A stretch of DNA of 64,000 nt from Negaprion brevirostris (Eukaryota), in the NCBI GenBank assembly GCA_030324005.1, contig JARDVH010000031.1:67238177-67302176 (forward strand), read 5' to 3'. Shown piece by piece: positions 53,088 through 64,000 of this stretch. The notes under the pieces were generated by a model. It ran no database searches. It saw only the letters and a list, made by a program, of their open reading frames with translations, and was not told the origin of the DNA. The translations under genes and the position numbers were made by a program. Each line of letters opens with the position of its first letter. Position 1 is the stretch's first letter.

Positions 53088-53373
53088 GTTAATTTATTAG
53101 TCACAAGTAGGCTTACATACACACTGCAATAAAGTTACTGTGAAAATCCCCTAGTCGCCTGTTGAGGTACACTGAGGGAGAATTTAGCATGGCCAATGCA
53201 CCTAACCTGCACGTCTTTGGACTGTGGGAGGAAAGCGGAGCACCTGGAGGAAACCCATGCTGACTCAGGGAGAATGTGCAAACTCCACACAGACAGTGAC
53301 CCAAGCCAGGAATCAAACCCGGGTCCCTGGTGCTGTAAGACAGCAGTGCTAACCACTGTGCCACCGTGCCACG
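53088..53373 (-). mobile_element. V-SINE with alternative tail B, complete
   Basis: Contains tttattagtcacaagtaggcttaca...gtgaaaatcccctagtcgcc...gtgctaaccactgtgccaccgtgcc. Confidence 0.88.
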
Positions 53374-54227
53374 CACCAAAATTGCACAATTAAGAATCCT
53401 GACACAGATTATCCTGTGGTACATGAGTATCTTGACTATGCAGACATGTGGCACCACAGATTTTATAGGGCATGTGAGATCATTTAATTCACCTCTTTCT
53501 CATATTACAATGGGAGTCCTTCTCTTATCATTTCTTTATCTTCTCTTCAGTGAAAAATGCAAGTAAAACCTAAAGATTTATAACTCAGCACAACTTTGAC
53601 AAATCCAAAGCTGTAAGAAAAGCATTAGCCAAATCTCTTATTAAACTTACGGACACTTTGTAATCTAACTGGCATTGTTTTGTACCTTGAAACTATTTCA
53701 TCTCCATGGTCTCTTCTACTGTATCTCTTTGAATGCCAATGTGAGAAGTGAAAATTTATACCCAAAATTTTGGCATTGCTTAATGTTTACTTTGTGAAGT
53801 ATACAGAGCAGTCTACATGGTTGCATTTCTTTCATTTAAATGTGCGAGAGATAAAAAAAAAGCAAGAAAATTCTGGAAGGATTGTAAAATTACTCAAGGG
53901 ATGGTTGAGGGTGGGTCTAGGGGCTACTGAATAAATCAGTTTAATCACGGTTATGTAATGAGGAACATCTTAACAACTCTCAGCGGGGATCTGGTAAAGA
54001 AAGGAATGTGTAAGTTTTATTGTTAAGTTTGACGATTTTGGTTTTCCACTTTTTAAAAGCACAAAATTAAAACTAATGGAGTAGCCCATTGACTGAATAT
54101 TACACCTCTTGGCCGAAATCTTCTGTCCTCCTTTGAGCCTGGGATTTTCTGATGTTGCTGAAAGTTCATGGGGTATTGACTGGAATGCCAAATTTTCTAT
54201 TCTCGGTCCCACCGGGACTTGTCATGG

Positions 54228-54580
54228 ACAAGGCCAGTGACCAGTGGTGTGCCGCAGGGCTCAGTACTGGNNNNNNNNNNNNNNNNNNNNNNNNNNNNNN
54301 NNNNNNNNNNNNNNNNNNNNNNNNNNNNNNNNNNNNNNNNNNNNNNNNNNNNNNNNNNNNNNNNNNNNNNNNNNNNNNNNNNNNNNNNNNNNNNNNNNNN
54401 NNNNNNNNNNNNNNNNNNNNNNNNNNNNNNNNNNNNNNNNNNNNNNNNNNNNNNNNNNNNNNNNNNNNNNNNNNNNNNNNNNNNNNNNNNNNNNNNNNNN
54501 NNNNNNNNNNNNNNNNNNNNNNNNNNNNNNNNNNCTGTTTCCTGTGCTGGGTTGTTCTTTGTTCTTTGTTCTTTGTTCTA
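54228..54580 (+). mobile_element. CR1 insertion (mostly gap) inside a TIR element
   Basis: WTRPVTSGVPQGSVL before the gap; tail ctgtttcctgtgctgggttgttct followed by tandem ttgttct units. Confidence 0.75.
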
Positions 54581-55047
54581 AGACCGAAAATCCCGCCCAT
54601 TGTTTTAAATCGAATTGCAGATTTCCGTGCCCAATTATGAAAGAAGCCTTTGAACTTCAACAACGGAAGAAAATTAAAGCAGCGAAAGATCCATGGCACA
54701 AAATATTGGGAATAGGGCCTAGTTGGGATTGCGGTTGGTGCAGACTCGATGAGCTGAATTGCCTCCTTCTATCCTGTAGGGATTCTATGATTCTGTCTGG
54801 ATAGGAAATGACTGGCTTCAATTTGAAAAGTGGAAGTTCATTGGACTTCCTGTAACATCAACTTTAAGCTTTTTTTCTGAATCCTGTCCCCTCCGTTGTC
54901 TCTCTTATACTTCTTATTGCAAATTACGATCAAAATAAGGTGTGTATGATTTTATTCATTCTGATGCCCCTCTCCTTGCCTGAACTCCCTTGAATCATTT
55001 GGCTTTCTCTTTTTCTGTAATTAAAACATCCCTAACTCAAGAGTTCA

Positions 55048-55179
55048 GCTCAGATGAAGGGTCATCCTATCTGGAAACCTTGGCTCTATTATCTCTCCAC
55101 AGATGCCGTCAGATCTGCTGAGATATTTCAGCGTTTTCTTATTTGTTTCAGATTCCAGTATCTGTAGAATTTCGCCTTG
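55048..55179 (+). mobile_element. Penelope-like element terminal fragment with 11-bp TSD
   Basis: TCAAGAGTTCA occurs at 55037-55047 and 55180-55190. The body tctctccacagatgccgtcagatctgctgag...ttcagattccagtatctg resembles recalled shark Penelope-like ends. Confidence 0.65.
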
Positions 55180-55324
55180 TCAAGAGTTCACCTACTGGCA
55201 TGGTTGCTCACCTCATCTTTGACACATAGCTAAAGCATTTTTTTTACATTTCTGGACAACAAAAAAAATTTATCAACTCAAAATTTGTTTTTGCTGGCAC
55301 CAATGATCTTGGTGACTCGTGGCA

Positions 55325-55543
55325 TTCTTTTTTCCATTCAGTTGTGCGACGTGGCTGTCGCTGACTGGCTAATCACCTTAACCTATACATCTTTGGACGG
55401 TGGGAGGAAGCCAGAGCACCCGGACGAAACACAAGTGGACTTGGGGAGAAAGTGAACATTCCATGCAGCCATCCAAGGTCAGAAACGAACCCAGGCTCCT
55501 GGAGATGTGAGGCAGCAGTGCTAACCACTGTGCCATCATGCCA
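55325..55543 (-). mobile_element. V-SINE ending in a Meta-SINE/LINE-type tail (chimera)
   Basis: The minus strand reads head and V-domain ...ggttaaggtgattagcc, then agtcagcgacagccacgtcgcacaactgaatgg(A)n. Confidence 0.65.
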
Positions 55544-58439
55544 AGATCAGTATAGTTCTTACATATGATCTTTATTCAAAGTAAACTGTATAAATTAATT
55601 AAATGACTGTCGTCCTGGTAATCTGATTATCTGGGATGCTTGGATAGTGCACAAAACAGCTGTTGCGTTCGTGGAAAACCTGCCTGAAAATGTTGGCTCG
55701 TGTCTTTCTAGAAATCGGAACTGATTCCTAACTGCACAATACCAGTAAGCTGCAGATGCCAAACTGGCCTCCAGTTCAGCTTTCCAGTCAGGCCGTCAAG
55801 AAGGTTAGCTGTGGGAGAAGAGTATGGGCTGATGATGGCCTATAGTATCGCAAGTTGAAAAATCAGTTAGTCAAAAATTTGCAGTTTTTCATCAGGCCAC
55901 TGTAGACCTGTAAATTTTAGTGCAGCCTGTGTGATACATACTCCACTCAGTTAATGCAGAATTTCTTCAAACACCTAGGAGAGTCCTCACTCGCATGCAC
56001 AAGCAATCCTATGTACTCAGATGGACAACCTGGGCAATTGGAACTTGCTGACATCCAATTTGGACATAGTAAGAAGTTCTCACAACTCCAGGTTAAAGTC
56101 CAACATGTTTACCTGGAATCACAAGCNNNNNNNNNNGACAGAGACGCAATTGCAAGATAATGATTGGAATGCCAGTCTTTATGTAATCAAGTCTTTGCAA
56201 GTACAGATAATGTGAGTGGAGAGAGGGATAAGGGATAATCACAGGTTAAAGGGGTGTGAATTTTCTCAAGCCAGGACAGTTAGTAGGATTTTGCAAGCTC
56301 AGGCAAAATGGTGGGGATTACATGGAGTGTGACATGGATCCAAGATCCTGGTTAAGGCCATCTTTATGCAGGCAGAATGTGGCTATCAGTTTCTGCTCAG
56401 TGATTATTCCAATTTGGAAGCACGTACGTTGGACACCTGAGAAAGTCCCCATATGGCCATATCCCTAATGCTAATTTTTTGCTGAATAATGATGGGGCCA
56501 AGTATTACTCCAATAGATTTTACCATCCAAATAACATAGCTAAAAATACACTCAAAAAGATGAGGTAAGTTGCTGTTGCAGCAGTGCTAGTATATATCAA
56601 ATCGTAACAGGGCATCGTATCATTCTGACTTAAGTGGTGTTAAGTCGCAGAAGCTTTAATCTGGAATTCTCCAACCACACCCCCCAGTGGGATTCTTTGG
56701 TTCCACTGCAGNNNNNNNNNNNNNNNNNNNNNNNNNNNNNNNNNNNNNNNNNNNNNNNNNNNNNNNNNNNNNNNNNNNNNNNNNNNNNNNNNNNNNNNNN
56801 NNNNNNNNNNNTGCAGTGAATGGGGATTTTGCTGGGTGCCAAATCCTCCATTCTCACTGGCAGCAGTGGAATTAAAGAATTCCAGCCTTAAAATTTCATT
56901 TTATTTGCCCTGAATTCTGTCCTGTTTGTTAATAAAAATCCATAGAAATATCCTATTAACTGCAGACATTCTAATCCATGAATGTTATACGCATTCCTGT
57001 GTTGGGACTGATGGAAAGAAAAGCATTTCATGATGAAACATGTCCAATAGATAAGTTTCAATAATCTTCAACTTGATATATTTTCCACTTGTTTTAGTGC
57101 ACTTAAGTAATGGCTATTTTATATATTTATGTGCCTTATGTTCTGACATCTTGCTGCATACTATTATGTTTTTAAATGCACACAAAAATGTGTTGAACTA
57201 AGTAGCATATAGCAAAAATAAATCTATTTATACCAAATTTCATAAATTACAGCAATTCTACATTTCAAATATATTTCATTTGCTGTAAAGTGCTTTGAGT
57301 TGTCAGGTGGTCAAAAAAAAAACAAATCTGCACCCTTTTTCTCTTTCCTTCTTACATGATACCAGTGAGGGAGGTAGCATTGTGAATAGAATATTACTAC
57401 CATGCGTCATGTAATAGTGACGCTACACAGCAAGGAAACTTGAAAGTTGCAATGTTACTGGCCATTCACACCATGCTTCGCTGTAACAAAGTTGGAGAAT
57501 TTGGCAACCAGCCAAATCTCCGTTCACTGCAGCGGGATGGGAAAATCCTGCTGGCGTGAATGGTAGCATGTTCAAACAAGCTGACTTTGTTCAATAGAGG
57601 AAACCTCAAGTTAGCAGAATTATGGGAAAAAATGTACTGATGTACACAAACATATAGTGAAGCTACACCTACAGTATCCCAAAAAGAAAAAAAAACAGAA
57701 GCAGGCCTGATAAATTGCACAATTTTGAAAGTGTGACTATGTCAGTCTCAAAGCAAAGTCTTGACACATTCACTCAAGCTAAATATATATATAGTACGAA
57801 AAATGACAAGCTCTGCCTTTGCAAGGTTTAAAAAGGATAGCCAGGTGCCATTTAATGTGTTCTCTCTTTACTGTCCTCTTTTCTCTATCTTTCCCTCTCC
57901 TCCTTTCTGTCTTCTATCTGTAATGTTCAATCTGTTTTCAGTCTGTGGGATTAGTGGCTGCTTCCTGTCATGACTGGAGTACCAGTGCTGATGATGGAAA
58001 TGAAGTAAATGCAACATTTCTGATAGTAATGAAAGCTTTCTTCCAGAAGAAATATGCTCCATTATTTTAATGGAGGGTTTTCACCAATAACAAAGCTGCT
58101 GAATAGTTCCGCAGTTCCACCATAATCTCTGNNNNNNNNNNNNCTCCAGCAGGACAAAAAAATAAAATGTTGGGACAATGGAATGAGAGATTACAACCTG
58201 CCTCCTCAAGACGCAGAATCCAGATAAATTATAAAGCCCAAAATATACTGCACTTCATCAAGGGAAGGGAATCTGTCAATCCTTTCCAGCTTGACCTGGA
58301 TACGGTTCATCCTTTCTGTCATTTTAGTTGTATTAATTGTAGTGATTATTCCGTCTTTCTGGTGTAATGTTAAACTGATGCCCTTTCTGCTTCATTAAGT
58401 TTGTGTAAAAAGTCCCATGGAACTTCTGAAGGAGGGTTT

Positions 58440-58650
58440 TCTGATAGTTTCATCAACATTTATCCCTCAACCAACACCATCAAAAACCATTAACTGACCA
58501 GTTATCTCATTGCTTTTTGTGACACTCCGCTATTTACATATTGGCAGCAGTCTAACAATAATAACTGAACTTGAAAAGTCATTAATTGGCTGAGCTGGCA
58601 CCGCAGGTATTCTGAAATGATGAGTGGTACTTTTTGACAGCAAATTCTTC
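58440..58650 (+). mobile_element. Deu-SINE (SacSINE1/AmnSINE1-like) fragment
   Basis: Contains caacatttatccctcaaccaacacc...tctcattgctttttgtg...gtcattaattggctg. Confidence 0.65.
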
Positions 58651-58879
58651 CTCAGAAGTACAGCTAAAAAAACCAATGATTCGACAGACACCTACGCAAT
58701 TTAGAAACGAACCATAAAACCCTGCAGTTCACAGAAAGACAACAATAATAACCAGAAACAATTCATATGCAAAACCACCCAACGTGGAGAAATAGAATTT
58801 AGCTATTCAACAACTATAATAATTGACCTTAGTGTTTGTTAAATTCCACCTGATTCACAGTAAATTGATATCTCGTTAA

Positions 58880-59063
58880 AAAGATTCATGCCGGTGGGGT
58901 CTTTCAGTCCCGCCAATGGCACATCCACCACCATGGGTCTCCCGGCAGCATCGTGTGGATTCAATGGGAAATCCCATTGACAGTGGAGGGACCAGAAGAT
59001 CCCTCTGCCAGCAAAGATGCATCTCTGCAAAACATGCCGCAGGGAGGCCAGAGAACCTCGCCC
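58880..59063. mobile_element. Palindromic MITE-like element
   Basis: Perfect stem tcaatggga-aa-tcccattga at 58961-58980; terminus gagaacctcgccc. Confidence 0.7.
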
Positions 59064-59253
59064 TTAATATTGCAAGACAACTAATAGATAGACGTAAATA
59101 ATTTGTGACTTTGGGGCTCTAGTGATATATAATGAAGTGAACACTTCAACACATTTCACAGATACAGGTCGTTAAGTTCAACAACTTCAATTAAAACCCT
59201 TGTTAAGTTTGTTAGTATACCCTGGGTGCTAACAGACAGAAACGTATTTTAAT

Positions 59254-59450
59254 GGGTGGAATTTTCTGGATATTCCCACCAGCAAGATCTTCCAGCCCTG
59301 CTGGCAGCAACTCTGGGTTTCCCAGAGGTTGCGAACAATTGGAAGCCCAATTGACAGTGGTGGGACTGGAAGATCCTGCTGCTGGCCAATAGGGGACCAT
59401 CATTGTCATCGCAGCACATGTCACAGAGTGAGGGGGTGGAATTCCTACCC
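59254..59450. mobile_element. Palindromic MITE-like element
   Basis: Termini gggtggaattttc and ggaattcctaccc; arms gatcttccag and ctggaagatc; centre caattgg...ccaattg. Confidence 0.72.
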
Positions 59451-61452
59451 GGTGACTTGAAACCTAATTCAATTGGAGGAGTGTTTAATGCAGAATTGGC
59501 AGAAATTTAAAATATGTGTTTATTAACTGTTATGAGTTCAATTTTTCAATGGTTGGACAGAATGAAAGAAAATGATCATGAAATCATTACATTATAATCT
59601 CAGTAAAATGCTTACATTGTACAGTCATAGCTTTAAAAACATACAACAAGGGACCTACAAATATAATCCAAATCCTAGCATTCATTTTTATAAGTACTAC
59701 TTTTTGCCTCAATTTAGNNNNNNNNNNTTAGTTTACCTCAATCCTAATTAATCCTTCAGTATGCTATTGCTTCAGCACCAATCATTATTAGACAACATAG
59801 TCTCCTCTAGAACTCGAGTCAATGATTTATTGCTACCATTGCATTAATGCTCCACAATTCTATTTACAACACAGAGAATATCAGGATGCGCAAAATGCAG
59901 GGACCGACAGATAGCACAAGTATGGTAAGAGAACAAGTAGTAAGTTAATAGGTGGAGTCAGAGTAAAGAAGAAAGTCATGGGGCTCGTTCTCCGTGTGTA
60001 TAAATCTCTTTATGGCCACTAAATCTCACGAGAGGGCCATAATGGGATCTCTACTGGCAAAATCTCAGTGTGAGTTCTTCCCTCCCCCTGCTGGTGACAT
60101 AATGAGGTCCATGCCAAGAAAATGCCTGATTTTTGCCCAGGGGGGAAGGGAGTGGGGAGGGTGCACAGGAGAGGTGGTTGTTCTTCTATGTATGTGGGAG
60201 TTGAGGGGCAAGTTGATCCTGGATGAAAAAGAAGATAGAACTTAAGCTAAAGAAGAAAATGTTAGCATATGACGGTGTCGGGTGGAAAATATGACTGTGA
60301 ACCAAGAGGAATACAGGAGGCTCAAAGGGAAGGTGAAAAAGTGAATAGGAGGAGCGAATGGGATTATGAGAAAAGGAGAATACCAAAGTCCTTTGTAGGC
60401 ATACAAATAGTAAGAGACTGGTAAAAGGAGGAATAGGGTTGAGAATTTCATTATGTGGTGTTTTCCCAGCCTACAGCACTACTCCAGCAGAGCATCAGGC
60501 CATGAAACATCAGTGGAGGCCGGTTAGCAGGTGCTCCGCTGGCAGCCCAGCCTTCGTGCATCTCCCGCTCCAAGTTTTTTGGAGTCATCAGCTTCACACC
60601 GGAAATTGGTGCAGAGCTGATTTCCATATTTAAATTTCAATTTAAATCCTGTTAGTGGGCTCGGAACTGAAGTCTCCGGGCCCACTAGCAGTTCCCAGTT
60701 GCCAGGAGTGGTTCACGCCAATGGGGTTTACACCTACTCCCCACTAATGGGGAGCTAGTGGCCCGGCCCCCTGGTAGGAATGAGGCCATGGAGGACACTC
60801 AGGAGGTTAGTGGTAAGGCGGGGGTGCACCCTGGACAGTGTCCAAGGGGAACCTTGGCACTGCCCACTGGGTAGGGCTAAGGGGGCAGGGTCAAAGGGAA
60901 TGGGGCCTTTGGGAGGGGGAGGTGGGCCTCCAGAGTTATGATTAATTACAATTCTAACATTTTGACAGAGGTGTAATTACACAATCAAAAGAACTGAACT
61001 CCCAAAGCTTCCATTTTGTGTGAAACCTGCAACTGATTTGTGGTAAAACTCTCAGTAAAAAGGCAGCATTTCCCCAGCCCATTGGATGTGGGTTTGACTG
61101 CAGGTGGGGGTGGAAAAGTCTCAGACACTCATATCACCCCATCCGCTTCCAGATCTCCGCTGTTCAGTCAGTTAGTAAATAGTTGTTGATTTTGTTAAGG
61201 CAATTATGAGGTGCTTTAGATTTCAGTTCTGGATTTCCCCACCATGGAGCATACTCCCACTCCTGACGTCCTTGACATTTTCCATCCACACCTGCTTGGT
61301 TGCAGCGGTTGTCCTCTTGCTCCCATCCTTGGGAGTGTTCACCTCACCACAGTCCCTCAGCTGGGCCACTGGGTAGGAGTGAGGACACAGCCAGTAGCCG
61401 TCCCAGGTCTCCGCTCCATCCCGGTGGTTTTGCAGCCTCAAACGTCCAAAAT

Positions 61453-61733
61453 GGGGGCAGCACGGTAGCACAGTGGTTAACATCGCTGCTTCACAGCGCC
61501 AGTGACACGGGTTCAATTCTGGATTGGGTCACTGTCTGTATGGAGCTTGCACATTCTCCCCTGTCTGCCTGGGTTTCCTCTGGGTGGTCTGGTTTTCTCC
61601 CATGTCCTGAAAGACGTGCTGGTTAGATGCATTGACCCGAACAGGCAATGGAGTGTGGCGACTAGGAGAATTTCAAAGTAACTTCATTGCAGTGTTAATG
61701 TAAGCCTTACTTGTGACTCACAAATAAACTTTA
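61453..61733 (+). mobile_element. V-SINE with alternative tail B
   Basis: Contains gggcagcacggtagcacagtggtta...aacttcattgcagtgttaatgtaagccttacttgtgac...aataaacttt. Confidence 0.85.
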
Positions 61734-62099
61734 CTCTTTACTTACTTTATATCCCTTGATCTCTCAAACCTGCTCATTTCTCATCTCATGCGAACCCTCT
61801 CAATCTCTGTTCCAGGTTTGATTTCAGAGACTGCAATAGCAAGCAGGAAAATGTTTATTGTGTTCTTGGATATTCCTTGGTCCATGCGTTTTACAACAAT
61901 ATTAATCTGTTATTTTAAATATGAGAGGTCTCCAGAATTAAAAAATGCCTTTAAAAATGTAATACATTCTGCTGCTAATCTCAAAAAACTTTTCTTTCTG
62001 GCATTTAATTATTTGCTTATTAATGTTAAGAATTGTCTGTAGTTTTAACATTTAATAATACTGATCTATTTACTCAGTGTCAAAAAGAGACCAACAACA

Positions 62100-62845
62100 A
62101 CAAAAACTTGCACTTACGTAGCACCTTTAATGCACTAAAGAAAATTTCATATCAGGCCACAAAAGATTTTAGGCAAATGGCCAAAGAATTTGGTTTTGAA
62201 GGTACCTTAAACAAGGGTGGCGAGGAAATTAGACAGAAAGGGTTAGGTAGGGAATTTCAGAGATTAGAGTCTGGACGGCAGAAAGCCCAACCATCTCAAC
62301 TCACAGACTGAGGATTCAGGGGAAGCCCATTTAGAACAGGGACGAGGAGACATTTCTGCACCCAAAGAGTGGTGAGCCTGTGAATTCACAGGAAGTATTG
62401 ATGCCAAAACATTGAATGTATTCAAGAGGTGGTTAGATATAGCACTTGGGGTGAATGGGATCGAAGCTTATGCGGAGAAAGCAGGATTCAACTAATAGAT
62501 TGGACAATCAGCCATGATTGTGATGAATGGCGGAGTGGTCTTGAAGGGCCAAATGGCCTCCTCCTGCTCCTGTCTTCTATGTTTGCCAGTGATGGAGGGT
62601 TAAAAATAGCAAGGAAGCTCAAGAGGCCAGAATTGAAAGAATGCAGATCTTCTGGAGGATCTTAGGACCAGAGGGGGTTACCGAGATAGGGAGGAGGGGT
62701 GAGGTCATGAAGGAATTTAAAAACAATGATAAGAATTTTAAAAGTGGAGGTGTTAGTTAACCAAAGTCAATGTAGAATCAACGAGGACAGGAAGAATAGG
62801 TGAACAAGCCTTTGTACTAGTAAGAACACAGGCCACAGAGTTTAT
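62100..62845 (-). mobile_element. L2-like 3' fragment with nested CR1 3' end (+, about 62310-62585)
   Basis: L2-like part aacttgcacttacgtagcacctttaa...agggaatttcagag; CR1 part catttctgcacccaaagagtggtgagcctgtg...gggccaaatggcctcctcctgctcct. Confidence 0.65.
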
Positions 62846-62849
62846 ACTG

Positions 62850-63223
62850 AGTCATAGAGGTTTACAGCATAGAAACAGACCCTTCGGCCAACTCGTCCAT
62901 GCCGTCCTTTTGTTTTAAACCGCTAAGCTAGTCCCAATTGCCTGCATTTGGCCCATATCCATCAATAGCCACCTTACCCATGTAACTGTCTAAATGCTTT
63001 TTAAAAGACAAAATTGTACCCGCCTCTACTCCTGCCTCTGGCAGCTTGTTCCAGACACTCACCACCCTCTGTGTGAAAAAAATTGCTTCTCTGAACCCTT
63101 TTGTGTCTCTTCTCTCTCACCTTAAAACTATGTTCTCTAGTTTTAGACTCCCCTATTTTTGGGAAAAGACATTGACTATCTAGCTGATGTATGCTCCTTA
63201 TTATTTTATAGATCTTTCTAAGA
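62850..63223 (-). mobile_element. CR1 LINE 3' end
   Basis: KIYKIIRSIHQLDSQCLFPKIGESKTREHSFKVR; tail gagtcatagaggtttacagcatagaaacag. Confidence 0.88.
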
Positions 63224-63324
63224 TNNNNNNNNNNNNNNNNNNNNNNNNNNNNNNNNNNNNNNNNNNNNNNNNNNNNNNNNNNNNNNNNNNNNNNNNNNNN
63301 NNNNNNNNNNNNNNNNNNNNNNNN

Positions 63325-63417
63325 TCTATTATCAAATAAATCGGCTGGACTAAAACCTGGTGTTGTCAGACTTTTTACTGTGTTTACGCCAGTCCAACGC
63401 CGGCATACCCACGTCAT
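63325..63417 (+). mobile_element. Penelope-like terminal fragment (second family)
   Basis: caaataaatcggctggactaaaacctggtgttgtcagactt...ccagtccaacgccggcat resembles a recalled shark Penelope-like terminus. The upstream part is in a gap. Confidence 0.5.
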
Positions 63418-63689
63418 GGGATCAGCCAGTGATCAGGAGGCTGGCAGTGTGGAGCTAGTGTGCATGCACCAATCTCCATGCTGACAGATTGACGCATGTA
63501 CAGTCTCCTGCTCAGTGCTATGCTGCTAGCCTTTCCAGTGTGACTTTTAGAGTGAATCTCGCTTGGGCACTCTGTGGTGCTCAGAGTGTGAGAGATTCAT
63601 TCTGAAAATCACACTAAAAAAATCGGCGGAAGTTACTCCAGTTTTCATGTGAATTTAGCACGTAGAATTTGTTGGGGAGACCCCCAACA

Positions 63690-64000
63690 TCCCTGTTCAA
63701 AAAAAGAGTTGTAGGGATAAACCCCCCAATTATAGATCAATTAATTTAACTTCAGTGATGGGGACGCTTCTAGAAACAATTATTTGGGATAGAGTTAGTG
63801 ATTATGTAGTAAAATCGGGTTAATCAGGACCTGCTAGCATAAATTTCTAAAGGGGAAATTGTGCTGAACTAACTTGCTGGAGGTTTTTGAAGAGGCAATA
63901 GAAACGGTCCATGGTGTACGTGCATGGACTTTCAAAAGGCATTCAATACAATGGTACACAACAGACTTGTGAGAAAAATTACAGTTCATGGAATAAAATG
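63690..64000 (+). mobile_element. CR1 RT domain fragment (runs off window)
   Basis: Degenerate PLFKK...RDKPPNYRSINLTSVMGTLLETII...CXTNLLEVFEE...MDFQKAF. Confidence 0.85.

Larger units (their letters stand above)
51551..64000 (-). other. LRP1B: Large LRP1B intron (>12.4 kb); upstream exon lies outside the window
   Basis: No minus-strand EGF-coding exon of the expected type (C..GYC.NGGTC...) was found by eye, and the region is repeat-rich. A small exon could be hidden in an N gap. Confidence 0.7.

Noticed and set aside
58167-58367. ORF containing FQLDLDTVHPFC, superficially like the LRP1B EGF segment CQLDPETNVPVC
   Set aside because: It is on the wrong strand for LRP1B, lacks EGF cysteine spacing and has no fitting splice sites.
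1-64000. CRISPR arrays, operons, rRNA or other prokaryotic systems
   Set aside because: The sequence is vertebrate, with spliceosomal introns and SINE/LINE repeats; no regularly spaced repeat-spacer array was seen.

Overview
This is vertebrate genomic DNA, almost certainly from a shark or other elasmobranch, judged from dense HE1-type V-SINEs with CR1 tails, Deu-SINE fragments and Penelope-like pieces. The assembly is gappy, and most N-runs fall inside repeats. The only protein-coding gene I can support is the 3' end of LRP1B on the minus strand. Four spliced exons (51550-51474, 49152-49062, 48502-48355, 45291-45151) have canonical AG/GT sites and consistent phases. They encode the end of the last EGF repeat, the transmembrane helix and the cytoplasmic tail (NPTY, NPVY, C-terminal RETVA). 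The next upstream exon was not found, so 51551-64000 is taken as intron. Positions 1-45150 hold the 3' UTR and a gene-poor flank filled with nested retroposons and DNA-transposon-like elements. I found no bacterial-style novel system. Six observations are the most interesting: (i) a composite retroelement at about 30545-32235, in which a tRNA/Meta-type SINE head runs into a LINE endonuclease and RT and ends in the same tail as the short SINE; (ii) V-SINEs carrying three different 3' tails; (iii) a Penelope-like fragment with an 11-bp TSD and a decayed hammerhead ribozyme core; (iv) a possible relic of the LRP1B-specific 33-aa cytoplasmic insert exon; (v) a solo LTR nested in a Harbinger-like Myb/SANT remnant; (vi) many short palindromic MITE-like elements. 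Repeat family names come from recalled consensus features, not from database searches, and repeat boundaries are approximate.
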